From the IMG/VR virus record IMGVR_UViG_3300031519_000185, positions 1 to 26,440 of that record: 26,440 bases of DNA; one strand, written 5' to 3'. This DNA comes from a virus. Lineage: Duplodnaviria > Caudoviricetes. The notes beneath the pieces were generated by a model that saw only the letters and a list, made by a program, of their open reading frames with translations, searched no databases and was not told the origin of the DNA. How positions within the stretch are numbered: position 1 is the first letter of the stretch; each line of letters begins with the position of its first letter. Positions 16,730 through 25,638 of this stretch are shown piece by piece. The position numbers were made by a program, and so were the translations under genes.

Positions 16730-17980
16730 TTATGCTCCTGTCCTATGTTTCCAAGTTGTGACTGTTGATTGTTTAGTATCTCTTCGTAAAGGATACCTAA
16801 AATGAACCATATACCCTAGGGCATCGTTCCAATGATCGTAGCCACTATCCTTGTCTGGTTGTTGTGATCCTTCTTTGTAGACCTGCCGTTCAAGTCCTTC
16901 AATGATTCGTTTGCACCTAGGTTCTACCACCAGTCTTACTTCACCTGTTGAACTTAACATTCGTGAGTTGACAGCGTTTATTCTGTCTCTTACTGGAGGA
17001 TGGCTGTTGGGTGCTTTAACAACAAAGCCAGCATTTTGTAGTATTATAATATCCGTCATTCCATTGGCTGATGTTTTACGTTGTCTGCCTGCGGGGTCTG
17101 GATAAACAAATATCTTTGATTTTGGATATCTTGTTTTGATTTCCGCAACCATTTCATCTGTGTTACTTGAGAATATACCTATTTCATCTATAATGTGCAT
17201 AACGCCGTCAGCACGTTCATATGCAACAACACTCACACTAGGATCAATGTTAAAGTCTTCCCCTATGTGAAGTATTTCAGGATACTGTCCATTTTCTAGA
17301 TCATATTCTACACATTTTTCAACATTCTTTTCACGTTCAAATGCGTAGTATATTCTACCTGAGAAACTTTCAAATGATCCCTGGTATTCTTGTTTGTATG
17401 TTCTTTCATCTAATAAACGTCTGGCTGATTCTAATTCTTCAGGTGGCACATTGCCTCCCTCTTCAGTTGTAAATTGCCAACTGGCCCATTCGTCATCTGT
17501 TTGTGTGTTGTTGAATAAGTCGTATGCCCAATTCAATCCTTTTGGTGTGCCCATAAACAAGCCTTCACCTAAACTGTCTGAAAGTGTTGGACGAAGTGAT
17601 TCATAAAATGCTTCTGGTTTAATATCTGCAACTTCATCCATTACTAGGAAGTCCACTCTGTTACCACGTAAACTGTCATAGTTTTCTGCGCCCTTGAGTG
17701 CAATCAAACTTCCGTTCTTTAAATATATTGTAAGTTCTGCTTCGTTAATCTTTTTGATCCAATGTAGTGCAAACAGTTTCTTCTTTAGTTTTAACCACCA
17801 AATGTTTTTGGCTTGTCTGTAACTAGGACAAACAGCCCAACATACTGTGCCTGGTTCACTTGCGTGTTTGCATATCTCTCTAATGCCTAGTGTAGTTTTT
17901 CCAAACCTACGCCCACTGATAAGCACTCTCCAACGCTTGGTTGATGTTGCTACTTGTTTTTGTGCGGCTGTTAGTGGCAT
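16730..17980 (-). CDS. terL: Terminase large subunit
   Basis: Walker A GRRFGKT, Walker B LVMDE, coupling motif GTPKG, nuclease motifs IGEDFN and DHWNDALGY. Confidence 0.97.
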   Translation of the reverse strand: MPLTAAQKQVATSTKRWRVLISGRRFGKTTLGIREICKHASEPGTVCWAVCPSYRQAKNIWWLKLKKKLFALHWIKKINEAELTIYLKNGSLIALKGAENYDSLRGNRVDFLVMDEVADIKPEAFYESLRPTLSDSLGEGLFMGTPKGLNWAYDLFNNTQTDDEWASWQFTTEEGGNVPPEELESARRLLDERTYKQEYQGSFESFSGRIYYAFEREKNVEKCVEYDLENGQYPEILHIGEDFNIDPSVSVVAYERADGVMHIIDEIGIFSSNTDEMVAEIKTRYPKSKIFVYPDPAGRQRKTSANGMTDIIILQNAGFVVKAPNSHPPVRDRINAVNSRMLSSTGEVRLVVEPRCKRIIEGLERQVYKEGSQQPDKDSGYDHWNDALGYMVHFRYPLRRDTKQSTVTTWKHRTGA

Positions 17981-18312
17981 TAGATATCCTCATCCGTCCA
18001 AGGTAACGGAGTTGAGTCATCTCCACCATTTGGATTTTCTGATTGTCCAAGTATGTTCTTGCCTAAGAATATAAGCATTCTAGGATCTCCATCCATTGCT
18101 CTAGTCATCTGTGTTCTGCGTAATCCCATTGTGCCGTTTGCTTTGCCTAATTCAATTTCGCCTGAGTATTTCTTTTCTAGTGTGCCTTTGCTTATTCCTG
18201 TGATGTGGGATATTTCCGCCAATGAACAGTGAATCTCAGAGAGACGTTTTACCAAGTCCTTGTTGGCTTTGGCAATCTCCTTGTAATTCTTTTTGTCCTC
18301 TGGCTGGTCCAT
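17980..18312 (-). CDS. terS: Terminase small subunit
   Basis: N-terminal HTH (SLAEISHITGISKGTL) and MLIFLGKNILGQ motif; directly upstream of terL. Confidence 0.85.
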   Translation of the reverse strand: MDQPEDKKNYKEIAKANKDLVKRLSEIHCSLAEISHITGISKGTLEKKYSGEIELGKANGTMGLRRTQMTRAMDGDPRMLIFLGKNILGQSENPNGGDDSTPLPWTDEDI

Positions 18313-18641
18313 TATAGATACCTTTGTTCTACACGGAGTCTAAATCTGCGTATGTCTGTTTCACCATTGGTTGTTGTAATAGTGTTGGTTATGGTGTATA
18401 TTTCTCCTGCACTACCTCCACTTATTTCAACCACTGCTTGTGCTCCAATAATTGTTGTTGCGGCAATTACTACTGGTGCGGCATCACCACTTATAGTTGA
18501 TGCGGCAAATGTTGATGTTGATAGACTATCGCCTCCAGGAACCCAATCTACCCAATCTACTGTATAGGTAAGATAGGCCGCAGGATCTTTGACGATATAA
18601 CTACCTATGGTGTCTTTCTTAAATCCACTTGTATCTGGCAT
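18312..18641 (-). CDS. Putative fibre adaptor (small Ig-like virion protein)
   Basis: KDP...TYTVDW and SGG..G..Y.ITN.ITT..G motifs of a recurrent phage structural family; 1-nt overlaps at both ends. Confidence 0.6.
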   Translation of the reverse strand: MPDTSGFKKDTIGSYIVKDPAAYLTYTVDWVDWVPGGDSLSTSTFAASTISGDAAPVVIAATTIIGAQAVVEISGGSAGEIYTITNTITTTNGETDIRRFRLRVEQRYL

Positions 18642-20569
18642 TATATTCTCTCCGTTCTTGTTGGTGAAACAAACACAATTGGTGCTATTGGCAACTTATA
18701 TTGTCTTGTTTCTTGTTTTACTTTTGCAAGGCTTAGTTCTTGTTCAACAGTATTTAATCGTGTCTCCTGAACTGTGTTTATTTTCCTCAGTTCAGCAACT
18801 ATTGCAAAGGCTCTTGTTTGTTGTTGGACAGTAAGTCTACGATAATCATCAATGATCCATAACTTACCTGCGGCTACTGTGCCACCATTTGATAACAAGT
18901 CTGCTTGACCAAGTAATCTAAAGCCTGCTAAGAATGGTTGTGCAATCGTGCTTTCCATACTCATAAATGACGCTGGTTGTGCAAATAGTAGACTTGTAGT
19001 TGATGTTATTGCTGACGTGCTTGTAAACAAGCCTTGTCCACTCCACAAGTAACCTGGAACAACTTCTGTTGTAAACTCACTTAATAAGTTGCTTATGCCT
19101 GGCAATGCCAATCCACCTAGGCTTGTAACACTACTTGTTGCTAGAGCATCTACTTCAAATCCTTTGAGTATAATGCCTAGGTTGGCTGTTGCTTGTGATC
19201 CTGTGACTACTTGACTTGCACCATTAAAGTTTACTGAGCCTAGAGTCTGAAGATATCCACCTTCAGTTGTAACCTGACTTGCACCAGCAACAATACCCTC
19301 ACCGCCTTGTAACAAGAACGGATGTGTTGGTGCCATTTGTGTAGATGCTACTAGGTCACTTGCAATCTGCTGTAGACGCCCTGAACTAAAAGTAACTTCA
19401 CTTACACTTTCAATAGTTGAAGTGCCTGGACGTAGTCTTCCTGCACTAAAGTCTGTGACGCTACTACCACTTATAAAGGCACTAGCAGGACGATTAAGTG
19501 TTGGTTCGCCCGCAACTTGTGTGTCTGCTACTAATGAACCGCCAATGCTTATTAATTGTCCAAGTAGTGTAGGTGGCATTGTAAACTCACCTGCAAAACT
19601 CTGTGTCATTAATCCACTTACATTAAATGCTGGACTTTCTTCAAAATATTCAGCACCAGTTTCAAAATAGTCCTGGGCCACATAGTCTACAACAATATAA
19701 TCGTCACCAGTTGCAACATAATCATCTTCAATGTATATGCCTGGCACACCTTCTTGTGGGAATGCAACAAAGTTTACTGCTACACTTGTAAACGTGCTTG
19801 GTGTAGTTAATTCGTATGATTCTTCAACGCCTACTTTTACACTAGCGGTGCATACCACAGTTGATTCACTTGTAGCAATGTCAATAGTATCACCGTCAAC
19901 ACCGTCAAATATATAAGTGTTGGCTAACCAATAATTAGTTAGTGTTCCTGACAGTTGCGGTGTTATTGTAGTTAAGGCTATGAAACTGTTGTTTGAAGTC
20001 TTTTCTTCTACAGTATGTTTAACTCTAAAATCAAAGTTAGTAGCATTAAGCGTGTCTGTGCCTGTGCTTGGATTGTAACTATAGTTTAGACCACTTTGAC
20101 TAAAATTGTTGTGGGTAGATGGCCCAACATAAACATTGTTTTGTCCATTAAAATAGTGATAGGATTTATCACTACCCTCTTGTGTGGTGTAGTCTGCGTC
20201 ATTGCCAAAGCCGCTTGTGCTACTTGTAAATGTTGCACTAGTTAAACTAACACGTTGCTGACTTGCCGCAATAAAACCACCACTTGCATTGGTATAATCA
20301 CCAATTGCCCACGACACGCTTTGATTGCGAAGCATTTCAACAAAGCCAATACCTGTTAGTTTAAGTTCTAAACTTTTATCTTGATTGCCTGCACTTGTGC
20401 TAGTATTTGCCAAGTTGGCACGAAGTGCTTGACTAGAGTAGTTAGCCCAGGTTTTGCCTGTGTAATTTTCTCCAGCCGCATTTACATTAGTCTGAGACTC
20501 AGTGAAACTGCCACGAGTTATCGTGATAGTCTGACTGCTAGAAAATGCTTGGCGGGCTACTGTGCTCAT
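18641..20569 (-). CDS. Long repeat-containing fibre-like virion protein
   Basis: Ser/Thr/Gly-rich; Tyr-Asp repeat patch; degenerate ~18-20 aa repeats; C-terminal 9-aa QETR-type repeats. Confidence 0.6.
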   Translation of the reverse strand: MSTVARQAFSSSQTITITRGSFTESQTNVNAAGENYTGKTWANYSSQALRANLANTSTSAGNQDKSLELKLTGIGFVEMLRNQSVSWAIGDYTNASGGFIAASQQRVSLTSATFTSSTSGFGNDADYTTQEGSDKSYHYFNGQNNVYVGPSTHNNFSQSGLNYSYNPSTGTDTLNATNFDFRVKHTVEEKTSNNSFIALTTITPQLSGTLTNYWLANTYIFDGVDGDTIDIATSESTVVCTASVKVGVEESYELTTPSTFTSVAVNFVAFPQEGVPGIYIEDDYVATGDDYIVVDYVAQDYFETGAEYFEESPAFNVSGLMTQSFAGEFTMPPTLLGQLISIGGSLVADTQVAGEPTLNRPASAFISGSSVTDFSAGRLRPGTSTIESVSEVTFSSGRLQQIASDLVASTQMAPTHPFLLQGGEGIVAGASQVTTEGGYLQTLGSVNFNGASQVVTGSQATANLGIILKGFEVDALATSSVTSLGGLALPGISNLLSEFTTEVVPGYLWSGQGLFTSTSAITSTTSLLFAQPASFMSMESTIAQPFLAGFRLLGQADLLSNGGTVAAGKLWIIDDYRRLTVQQQTRAFAIVAELRKINTVQETRLNTVEQELSLAKVKQETRQYKLPIAPIVFVSPTRTERI

Positions 20570-20583
20570 TGATTAGGTTAACC

Positions 20584-21003
20584 TTAAGTTAAACTAACTT
20601 GTAGATTGCCTGTTGCCACCTGAAATTGGTCTCCAGTGGTTACTGTTTTTGTAACGGATAATTCGCCCGCCCATAATACTTGGCCGCCACTACTTGCGTC
20701 AAGAATTGCAATGCAAGTTACTGCCGCATCGTAGTTTCCTGTTGCTGTTGGAAATGTAACAGCCTGGTCATTTGATATTGATCCGCCACTTGCTGATCCA
20801 AATGTTGCTGATTGACGAACGTAACTGCCAAGAGTTACTTCATCACTAAGTGTTCCTGTTTCTAAGTTTGCTAATACACCGCTTGCCGTTCCGTGGAATA
20901 GTCCAAGATAAAGTGTGCTAGGTGATGTGTGACTGCCTGAGTTTCCGTTTAACCAAAAATCCAAGGTAGCGTTTTCTAAATAATTACTTGCCGCATTTGA
21001 CAT
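20584..21003 (-). CDS. Small fibre-associated structural protein
   Basis: SNYLEN..LD, LYLGL, YVRQ, TFPTAT and ILDASSGG motifs of a widespread phage virion family; SD AGGAG. Confidence 0.7.
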   Translation of the reverse strand: MSNAASNYLENATLDFWLNGNSGSHTSPSTLYLGLFHGTASGVLANLETGTLSDEVTLGSYVRQSATFGSASGGSISNDQAVTFPTATGNYDAAVTCIAILDASSGGQVLWAGELSVTKTVTTGDQFQVATGNLQVSLT

Positions 21004-21066
21004 AGTTGTTCTCCTTTGTTTATTTGTTGTGCAGAGCCATTCTGCTGTGTTGTTAAGTCAATCATA

Positions 21067-23229
21067 TTAACTTGGTGTTGTTCCATCACTTGGCGTGTTC
21101 GTTCCGCCTGTGGCGAATCCAATATTTTGTTGTGTTCCGCCGTTTGTTGCAAACGTAGGTGAACTAGTAGTATTACCATTAAAGTAGAACAGTGGTTGAC
21201 TTAGTCCACTGCCTGTTCCGTCTGATCCCATATCAACTGCGCCGTTGTCATAAAACTTGCTTATATTTGAACTTAGATCTATTACGCTATTGGTTGCCCA
21301 AATCTGTGCTATTTCTAGTTGAGTATTGCCTGGTGAGGTCCAAGTAGTAGGTGCTGTTTGTCCGTTAATAACAACTCTATTAAGTCCACTCCAATCAATT
21401 GATTCAGAAGTTGAAATGCTTGGGAATGTTATTTGAACTCCGTTAACATAACCATCCATTGTGTTGTTTACTGTGTCCATACTCATTACAACGTGAACCC
21501 AATCACCTTGTGCGTATAATGATGTTTCACTACTTGTTTTGTCATTGGTGCTATTAATTGTTTGCACATAAAAACGTATACTTGCATTGCCACTCTGGAA
21601 GAAGTATGGACCAATTAGTCGTCTACCACCTGCTTCTAAACAGAATGCACTTGCTCTTGATGCTGAGTTGTTTGGTTTAACCCAACCACTCCAAGTGTAA
21701 CCACCTGAATCACTAAGTGAATTTGATATTGATAGATCGTGATAGTATTCGTTGTTGTCAAATGCCACACTATTAAGTGTAACACTGGCCGCCGCCGCTG
21801 TTTCATCATCTGTTATACTAACACTACCATCTGCACCATCCATATGTAGTAGTGCTAGAGTGTCTGAGTCATTAGTAAACGCCGCTGTTGGAACAGTAAT
21901 TGAACTTGAACTAGGCGTGTATCTGGCAGTCTTTGATATTCTAACTTCGTCAAACCAAATGTCTGTGCCTGCGTTTGCCGCAAGTGCGCCATCTGCGTGT
22001 GAGCCAATACCAATGGGGTTGTCTAGACTTTGTGTCCAACCTGTGCCATTGCCAACTCTTGTGCCATTGAACCATAAACCCCAATCGCCACTTGAGTTTC
22101 TACTCAGTGCCACGTGGTGGAAAGTGTCTGTGCTTATAGCACTCATTGTTACTGGTGCTAGGTTCATTCCGCCAGTTCCGTTTGATGATAACTGTAGTTT
22201 CATATCGTGGTTTCTAAACAGCAACATTAGGTCGCCAGTGTCGTAACCACCTACTCTGTTTGACATTAATGAAACTGTGCCACCGCCTGCGTCAACATCT
22301 ACGTTAAAGAAACATTCCCACGTAAACTCTGTTTGACTGTTGAATGGTATATCTGTAATAACGACATTGTCGCCAGTTCCGTCTAGTAGTAGACTTGCTC
22401 CGCCAAACTTGTTTCTTGAAGTGTCTATTTGTGCATCGCCGCCTACTGTGATTGTGCTTCTTGACGCCGCCGCTCCGCCTGAGGCAAATGTTTCTACCAT
22501 TGATCCTGGTATGGTGAAGTTTGCACTATTATTTGATGTGCCTGTGTAACCTCTGTTTGATCCAATAGTAACCTTAAAGTCTTGAATGTGCCCTTGATAA
22601 TCGTTGTTGTCACTGCTGTTAAACTGTCCAATGTGTAGTGTTGAGAAGCCACTGTTTGAACTTACCCAAGCACCTTTGTAGATGCCATCATAATAGAAGC
22701 GTTTGGTTCCACCGTCACAAACAATAGCAAGATGATGCCAGCCACTGCCTATACCAATGTTGTTTTCATTACCAAAACCAAAACTTGAACCGTTGTTTAT
22801 ACCAAACAAGAATCTACCACCAACTTCACCACTTGATATGGCCCAGTTTGAGTTTGTAGATGAATTGTCAGCATTGAACCAACCTTCAATTACATATGTG
22901 CCACTTGATGCCGCAGGAATTGATGTTGATAGGCCATAAGCCATACTTTGTGTGCCGCCTGTGGCCACGTTTTCTAGTGCCTTGCCGTATGTTGGAGTGC
23001 TCCAATAAACTTCTGCATTGGTCACAGTTGAGTTTGCACCGCTGGTTAGAGTTGCTTGTGTTGATGAACCGTTAATACTTGGTGACACATCATTTAATTC
23101 ATTTGTTTCGTCAAATGGTAATGCTAAAAATACACTACTTGCATATGTGTCTGCTCTATATGCAATTGAACCGCCTGCGGCTATGATTGCACGTGATAAA
23201 AAACTTAATCTACTTGCTCCTAATGGCAT
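21067..23229 (-). CDS. LamG/concanavalin A-like multidomain adhesin (about 3 lectin-like domains)
   Basis: Repeated signatures IEGWF/WHHLAIV, FTWECFF/FHHVAL/DEVRISKTARY and TWSGWVK/WVHVVMS; SD GGAGG. Confidence 0.8.
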   Translation of the reverse strand: MPLGASRLSFLSRAIIAAGGSIAYRADTYASSVFLALPFDETNELNDVSPSINGSSTQATLTSGANSTVTNAEVYWSTPTYGKALENVATGGTQSMAYGLSTSIPAASSGTYVIEGWFNADNSSTNSNWAISSGEVGGRFLFGINNGSSFGFGNENNIGIGSGWHHLAIVCDGGTKRFYYDGIYKGAWVSSNSGFSTLHIGQFNSSDNNDYQGHIQDFKVTIGSNRGYTGTSNNSANFTIPGSMVETFASGGAAASRSTITVGGDAQIDTSRNKFGGASLLLDGTGDNVVITDIPFNSQTEFTWECFFNVDVDAGGGTVSLMSNRVGGYDTGDLMLLFRNHDMKLQLSSNGTGGMNLAPVTMSAISTDTFHHVALSRNSSGDWGLWFNGTRVGNGTGWTQSLDNPIGIGSHADGALAANAGTDIWFDEVRISKTARYTPSSSSITVPTAAFTNDSDTLALLHMDGADGSVSITDDETAAAASVTLNSVAFDNNEYYHDLSISNSLSDSGGYTWSGWVKPNNSASRASAFCLEAGGRRLIGPYFFQSGNASIRFYVQTINSTNDKTSSETSLYAQGDWVHVVMSMDTVNNTMDGYVNGVQITFPSISTSESIDWSGLNRVVINGQTAPTTWTSPGNTQLEIAQIWATNSVIDLSSNISKFYDNGAVDMGSDGTGSGLSQPLFYFNGNTTSSPTFATNGGTQQNIGFATGGTNTPSDGTTPS

Positions 23230-23241
23230 AATATTCCTCCC

Positions 23242-24000
23242 TTACGCTTGGAAATCTGTTGCTATTGAAGTCCAGTATGTGGTTCCGTCATAAAAAATTG
23301 ATACTACACTATCTGTTGTTAGTGTCTTAGCACCGCCTGCAAACTTGTGCGAACCTGTGCCAGTTGCGGCTCCTGATCCACTCACAATAAGTGTTACACT
23401 TTGACCTGTTGCATAATCACTAAATGCTGGTATTGCAAGTCCTGAACTTATAGTAACCTTTTGCACATTACCATTTGATACGGTAATAGTTGGTGAGTCT
23501 GTGGTGCCTAGATCGTGAACTGATTCTTTGTAGTCTTTAAGTTCAGCGTTGGTGATCTTAAATCCACCTGCTGTTAGATCAGCGGCTAAGTCTGGACTAG
23601 TGTCATCTGCTAGTTGTGTGATGCCTGCGGCTTGTGTGTTGGCAATGGTTAGTGTGTTTGTGCCTGTGTTTACTGCTACACTAATATTGGTGCCTGCGGC
23701 AATATTTACTGTTTCACTGTCTGACACATTAAATGAAGTTGTTCCATTTCCAATATCAAAATTGGTAGTGTCAGTGTCTGCTATGGTATTGGCAATAGTA
23801 ATAGTGCCACCTGATTCAGCAACACTTATGCCTGTGCCTGCTGAGAATGTTAGTTGTCCGTTTAATGCAATGCCAGTTGTAGATGAGCCGTCGCCCACTG
23901 TAATAACTGCTGATTGCAGGTTAGTGAAGTTTGCATCTGCTTCACCAAATGTTAGAGCACTTCCTTTGGAAGTCCTTGTTACTATGGTTGGTAATGCCAT
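23242..24000 (-). CDS. Fibre protein, 252 aa (start revised from 24105 to 24000)
   Basis: AAGGAG 9 nt before the ATG at 24000; N-terminal RTSKGSALTFGEADANFTNL anchor-like motif; two AGT.ISVA...TITIANT-type repeats; C-terminal FYDGTTYW domain. Confidence 0.75.
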   Translation of the reverse strand: MALPTIVTRTSKGSALTFGEADANFTNLQSAVITVGDGSSTTGIALNGQLTFSAGTGISVAESGGTITIANTIADTDTTNFDIGNGTTSFNVSDSETVNIAAGTNISVAVNTGTNTLTIANTQAAGITQLADDTSPDLAADLTAGGFKITNAELKDYKESVHDLGTTDSPTITVSNGNVQKVTISSGLAIPAFSDYATGQSVTLIVSGSGAATGTGSHKFAGGAKTLTTDSVVSIFYDGTTYWTSIATDFQA

Positions 24001-24030
24001 TGTGGAGTTCTCCTTAATAATGTTATCGCG

Positions 24031-24054
24031 ATAAACATATTTACCAAATATTTG
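24031..24054 (-). promoter_or_regulatory. Extended TAAATA motif for the structural operon, with adjacent palindrome
   Basis: TGGTAAATATGTTTAT (24046-24031); CAAATATTTG palindrome at 24045-24054. Confidence 0.6.
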
Positions 24055-24103
24055 TATATTAGGCGTCAAAGAGGCTGTATTCACTTTGTTAGGTGTTTTT
24101 AGC

Positions 24104-24125
24104 AATGATGATAAATAAGTTTATA
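24104..24125 (+). promoter_or_regulatory. Extended TAAATA motif, divergent, for the plus-strand genes
   Basis: AATGATGATAAATAAGTTTATA followed by SD AAGGAG and the ATG at 24142. Confidence 0.7.
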
Positions 24126-24141
24126 CAAAAGGAGACTAGAA

Positions 24142-24516
24142 ATGGCAAAATATCAGAAACTTCAAGAACCAGTATTCATCGTTAGTTCAGAACTAATTCA
24201 CAGTCACTACAGTGGCGGAGAAGTATACGAGGTTCATCTTATGGGCATCACTAGCCAAAGCAAATTCAAAACATATGTTGATCCAGCAAATGCAAATTGG
24301 ACACATTGGGAACACATCATTAGCCGTGCCAATTCAAAAGGCATTGTTTTAACCAACTGTAAACTCAAAGATCCTGCAAAGGGATTGATCAACGCTGACA
24401 GCAAAGTCACAATTGAGTATATGGTTACAAAAGAAGAACTTGCTGACATTCTAGAAGACTATTGGAAGAGTCAAGACAGGTTTAACAAACTGTTTGGAGA
24501 TGGGGATGTTAGTTGA
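24142..24516 (+). CDS. Hypothetical protein (beta-rich)
   Basis: Strong SD, own promoter motif, no competing long ORF. Confidence 0.75.
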   Translation: MAKYQKLQEPVFIVSSELIHSHYSGGEVYEVHLMGITSQSKFKTYVDPANANWTHWEHIISRANSKGIVLTNCKLKDPAKGLINADSKVTIEYMVTKEELADILEDYWKSQDRFNKLFGDGDVS

Positions 24517-24730
24517 ATACTTTGCCACTGATGATCAGGACCGTCAACTAGACGTCTTACTCAAAGGCTATGTAATTGAAGAATGGTTCAATCCTCAGGA
24601 TCAATACTATGTATTAGAGTCAATGGATGCTAGAGTGTTGACCATACTGTGCCTATTTGACATTGAGATACGTGTGCTCACAGATGACTTAGAGGCTAGA
24701 GACCATCCAGATCAGTCTGACTCCAATTAG
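24506..24730 (+). CDS. Small acidic hypothetical protein
   Basis: GGAG upstream of the ATG at 24506 (ORF track starts at 24494); similar to the partial ORF at the right edge. Confidence 0.65.
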   Translation: MLVEYFATDDQDRQLDVLLKGYVIEEWFNPQDQYYVLESMDARVLTILCLFDIEIRVLTDDLEARDHPDQSDSN

Positions 24731-25220
24731 CGTAATAATCAGTAGATTGTAACTTAGTTCTTGCGTCTAGTAGTAGACTCTCACGTTGTAGTATTATTAG
24801 TATACACCCATCCATACCAGTCCACACATTAGCCACAGGATAAGGATCTCGTGGGTGATTCACAAGTAGCACACAATCTCTATCACCAAGTGTGTTGGCC
24901 CAACGGTCTGCTGTTCTATGCACACCTTCACTGTTCAATCTATCTCCACTCCCACCTATCAACCCTACTTGTGTGGGAGGATAACGCCAAGCAAGAACTA
25001 TTGCTGTGTGTATACTAGGATCCCATACCTTTGCCCATAGTGCTAGAGTATCGTTCACACTTTCTAGTGCTTCTTTAACTATGAATGAGCCACGATAGCG
25101 TTCAGCATAAGGACAGATTGGCAATCCTCCTAGTTCTGGTTTAGTGGTGGTGAGTTTGTTGGTGATATAGTCCCACACCAACGTCTCAACTTTGGTCTGT
25201 TTTACGGGTGGTTGTGACAT
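24696..25220 (-). CDS. DUF1415-like hypothetical protein
   Basis: GLPICPYA, NHP and LQ...YY.NW motifs; start uncertain (ATG at 25220 versus track start 25250). Confidence 0.6.
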   Translation of the reverse strand: MSQPPVKQTKVETLVWDYITNKLTTTKPELGGLPICPYAERYRGSFIVKEALESVNDTLALWAKVWDPSIHTAIVLAWRYPPTQVGLIGGSGDRLNSEGVHRTADRWANTLGDRDCVLLVNHPRDPYPVANVWTGMDGCILIILQRESLLLDARTKLQSTDYYANWSQTDLDGL

Positions 25221-25416
25221 AGTTAACCAGTTCTCTGTGTGCTTCAGCAAGATTCTGCTGTGTTTTTAGAATGCCTTGTATGGTGTGATGATTGGTATTG
25301 GTTGCTTGAATTAGTTGCTCAACTGTGTTTTCAAGGTTGGTTACTTGAAGTTGCATCCGCATTAGTTCTGCTAGGGGATCAAAGTCAGGGTCAAACATTG
25401 GATCAAATTGGCCCAT
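25186..25416 (-). CDS. Small coiled-coil hypothetical protein
   Basis: FDPMFDPDFDP repeat followed by a heptad pattern. Confidence 0.65.
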   Translation of the reverse strand: MGQFDPMFDPDFDPLAELMRMQLQVTNLENTVEQLIQATNTNHHTIQGILKTQQNLAEAHRELVNYVTTTRKTDQS

Positions 25417-25495
25417 AGTTAATCCAATGTGTAATGGCTACTATAATTGCCACAGCAACTATGCCTAGGGTTGCATAATCATTAGGATCTATCAT
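25403..25495 (-). CDS. 30-aa single-pass membrane peptide MIDPNDYATLGIVAVAIIVAITHWINYGPI
   Basis: ATGA overlap with the upstream stop; fills the gap; not in the ORF track. Confidence 0.5.
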   Translation of the reverse strand: MIDPNDYATLGIVAVAIIVAITHWINYGPI

Positions 25496-25638
25496 AACCA
25501 TTGCCATAGTATGGTTGAAACTGTGAGTGCAAAACTGCACCATATAAACATTGATAGAGCACCATTAACTAGGCTCTGTGTTGTTTTAAATTTGCGGGCT
25601 AGTTCTAGTCCTGCTTCATAGTCTGTGTTTAATTTCAT
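25492..25638 (-). CDS. 48-aa membrane protein (start revised to 25638)
   Basis: GGAG 8 nt before the ATG at 25638; C-terminal hydrophobic helix. Confidence 0.55.
   Translation of the reverse strand: MKLNTDYEAGLELARKFKTTQSLVNGALSMFIWCSFALTVSTILWQWL

Noticed and set aside
20976-21179. 67-aa minus-strand ORF bridging two genes
   Set aside because: Out-of-frame overlap with both neighbours and no RBS.
24004-24013. GGAG-AA-CTCC inverted repeat over the SD
   Set aside because: The loop is too small, leaving only about 3 feasible base pairs.
290-24034. Many 60-165 aa plus-strand ORFs in the track
   Set aside because: All lie antisense to well-supported minus-strand genes and show no recognisable motifs.
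24001-24105. N-terminal extension of the fibre ORF to 24105
   Set aside because: It spans the promoter region; the ATG at 24000 has a strong SD.
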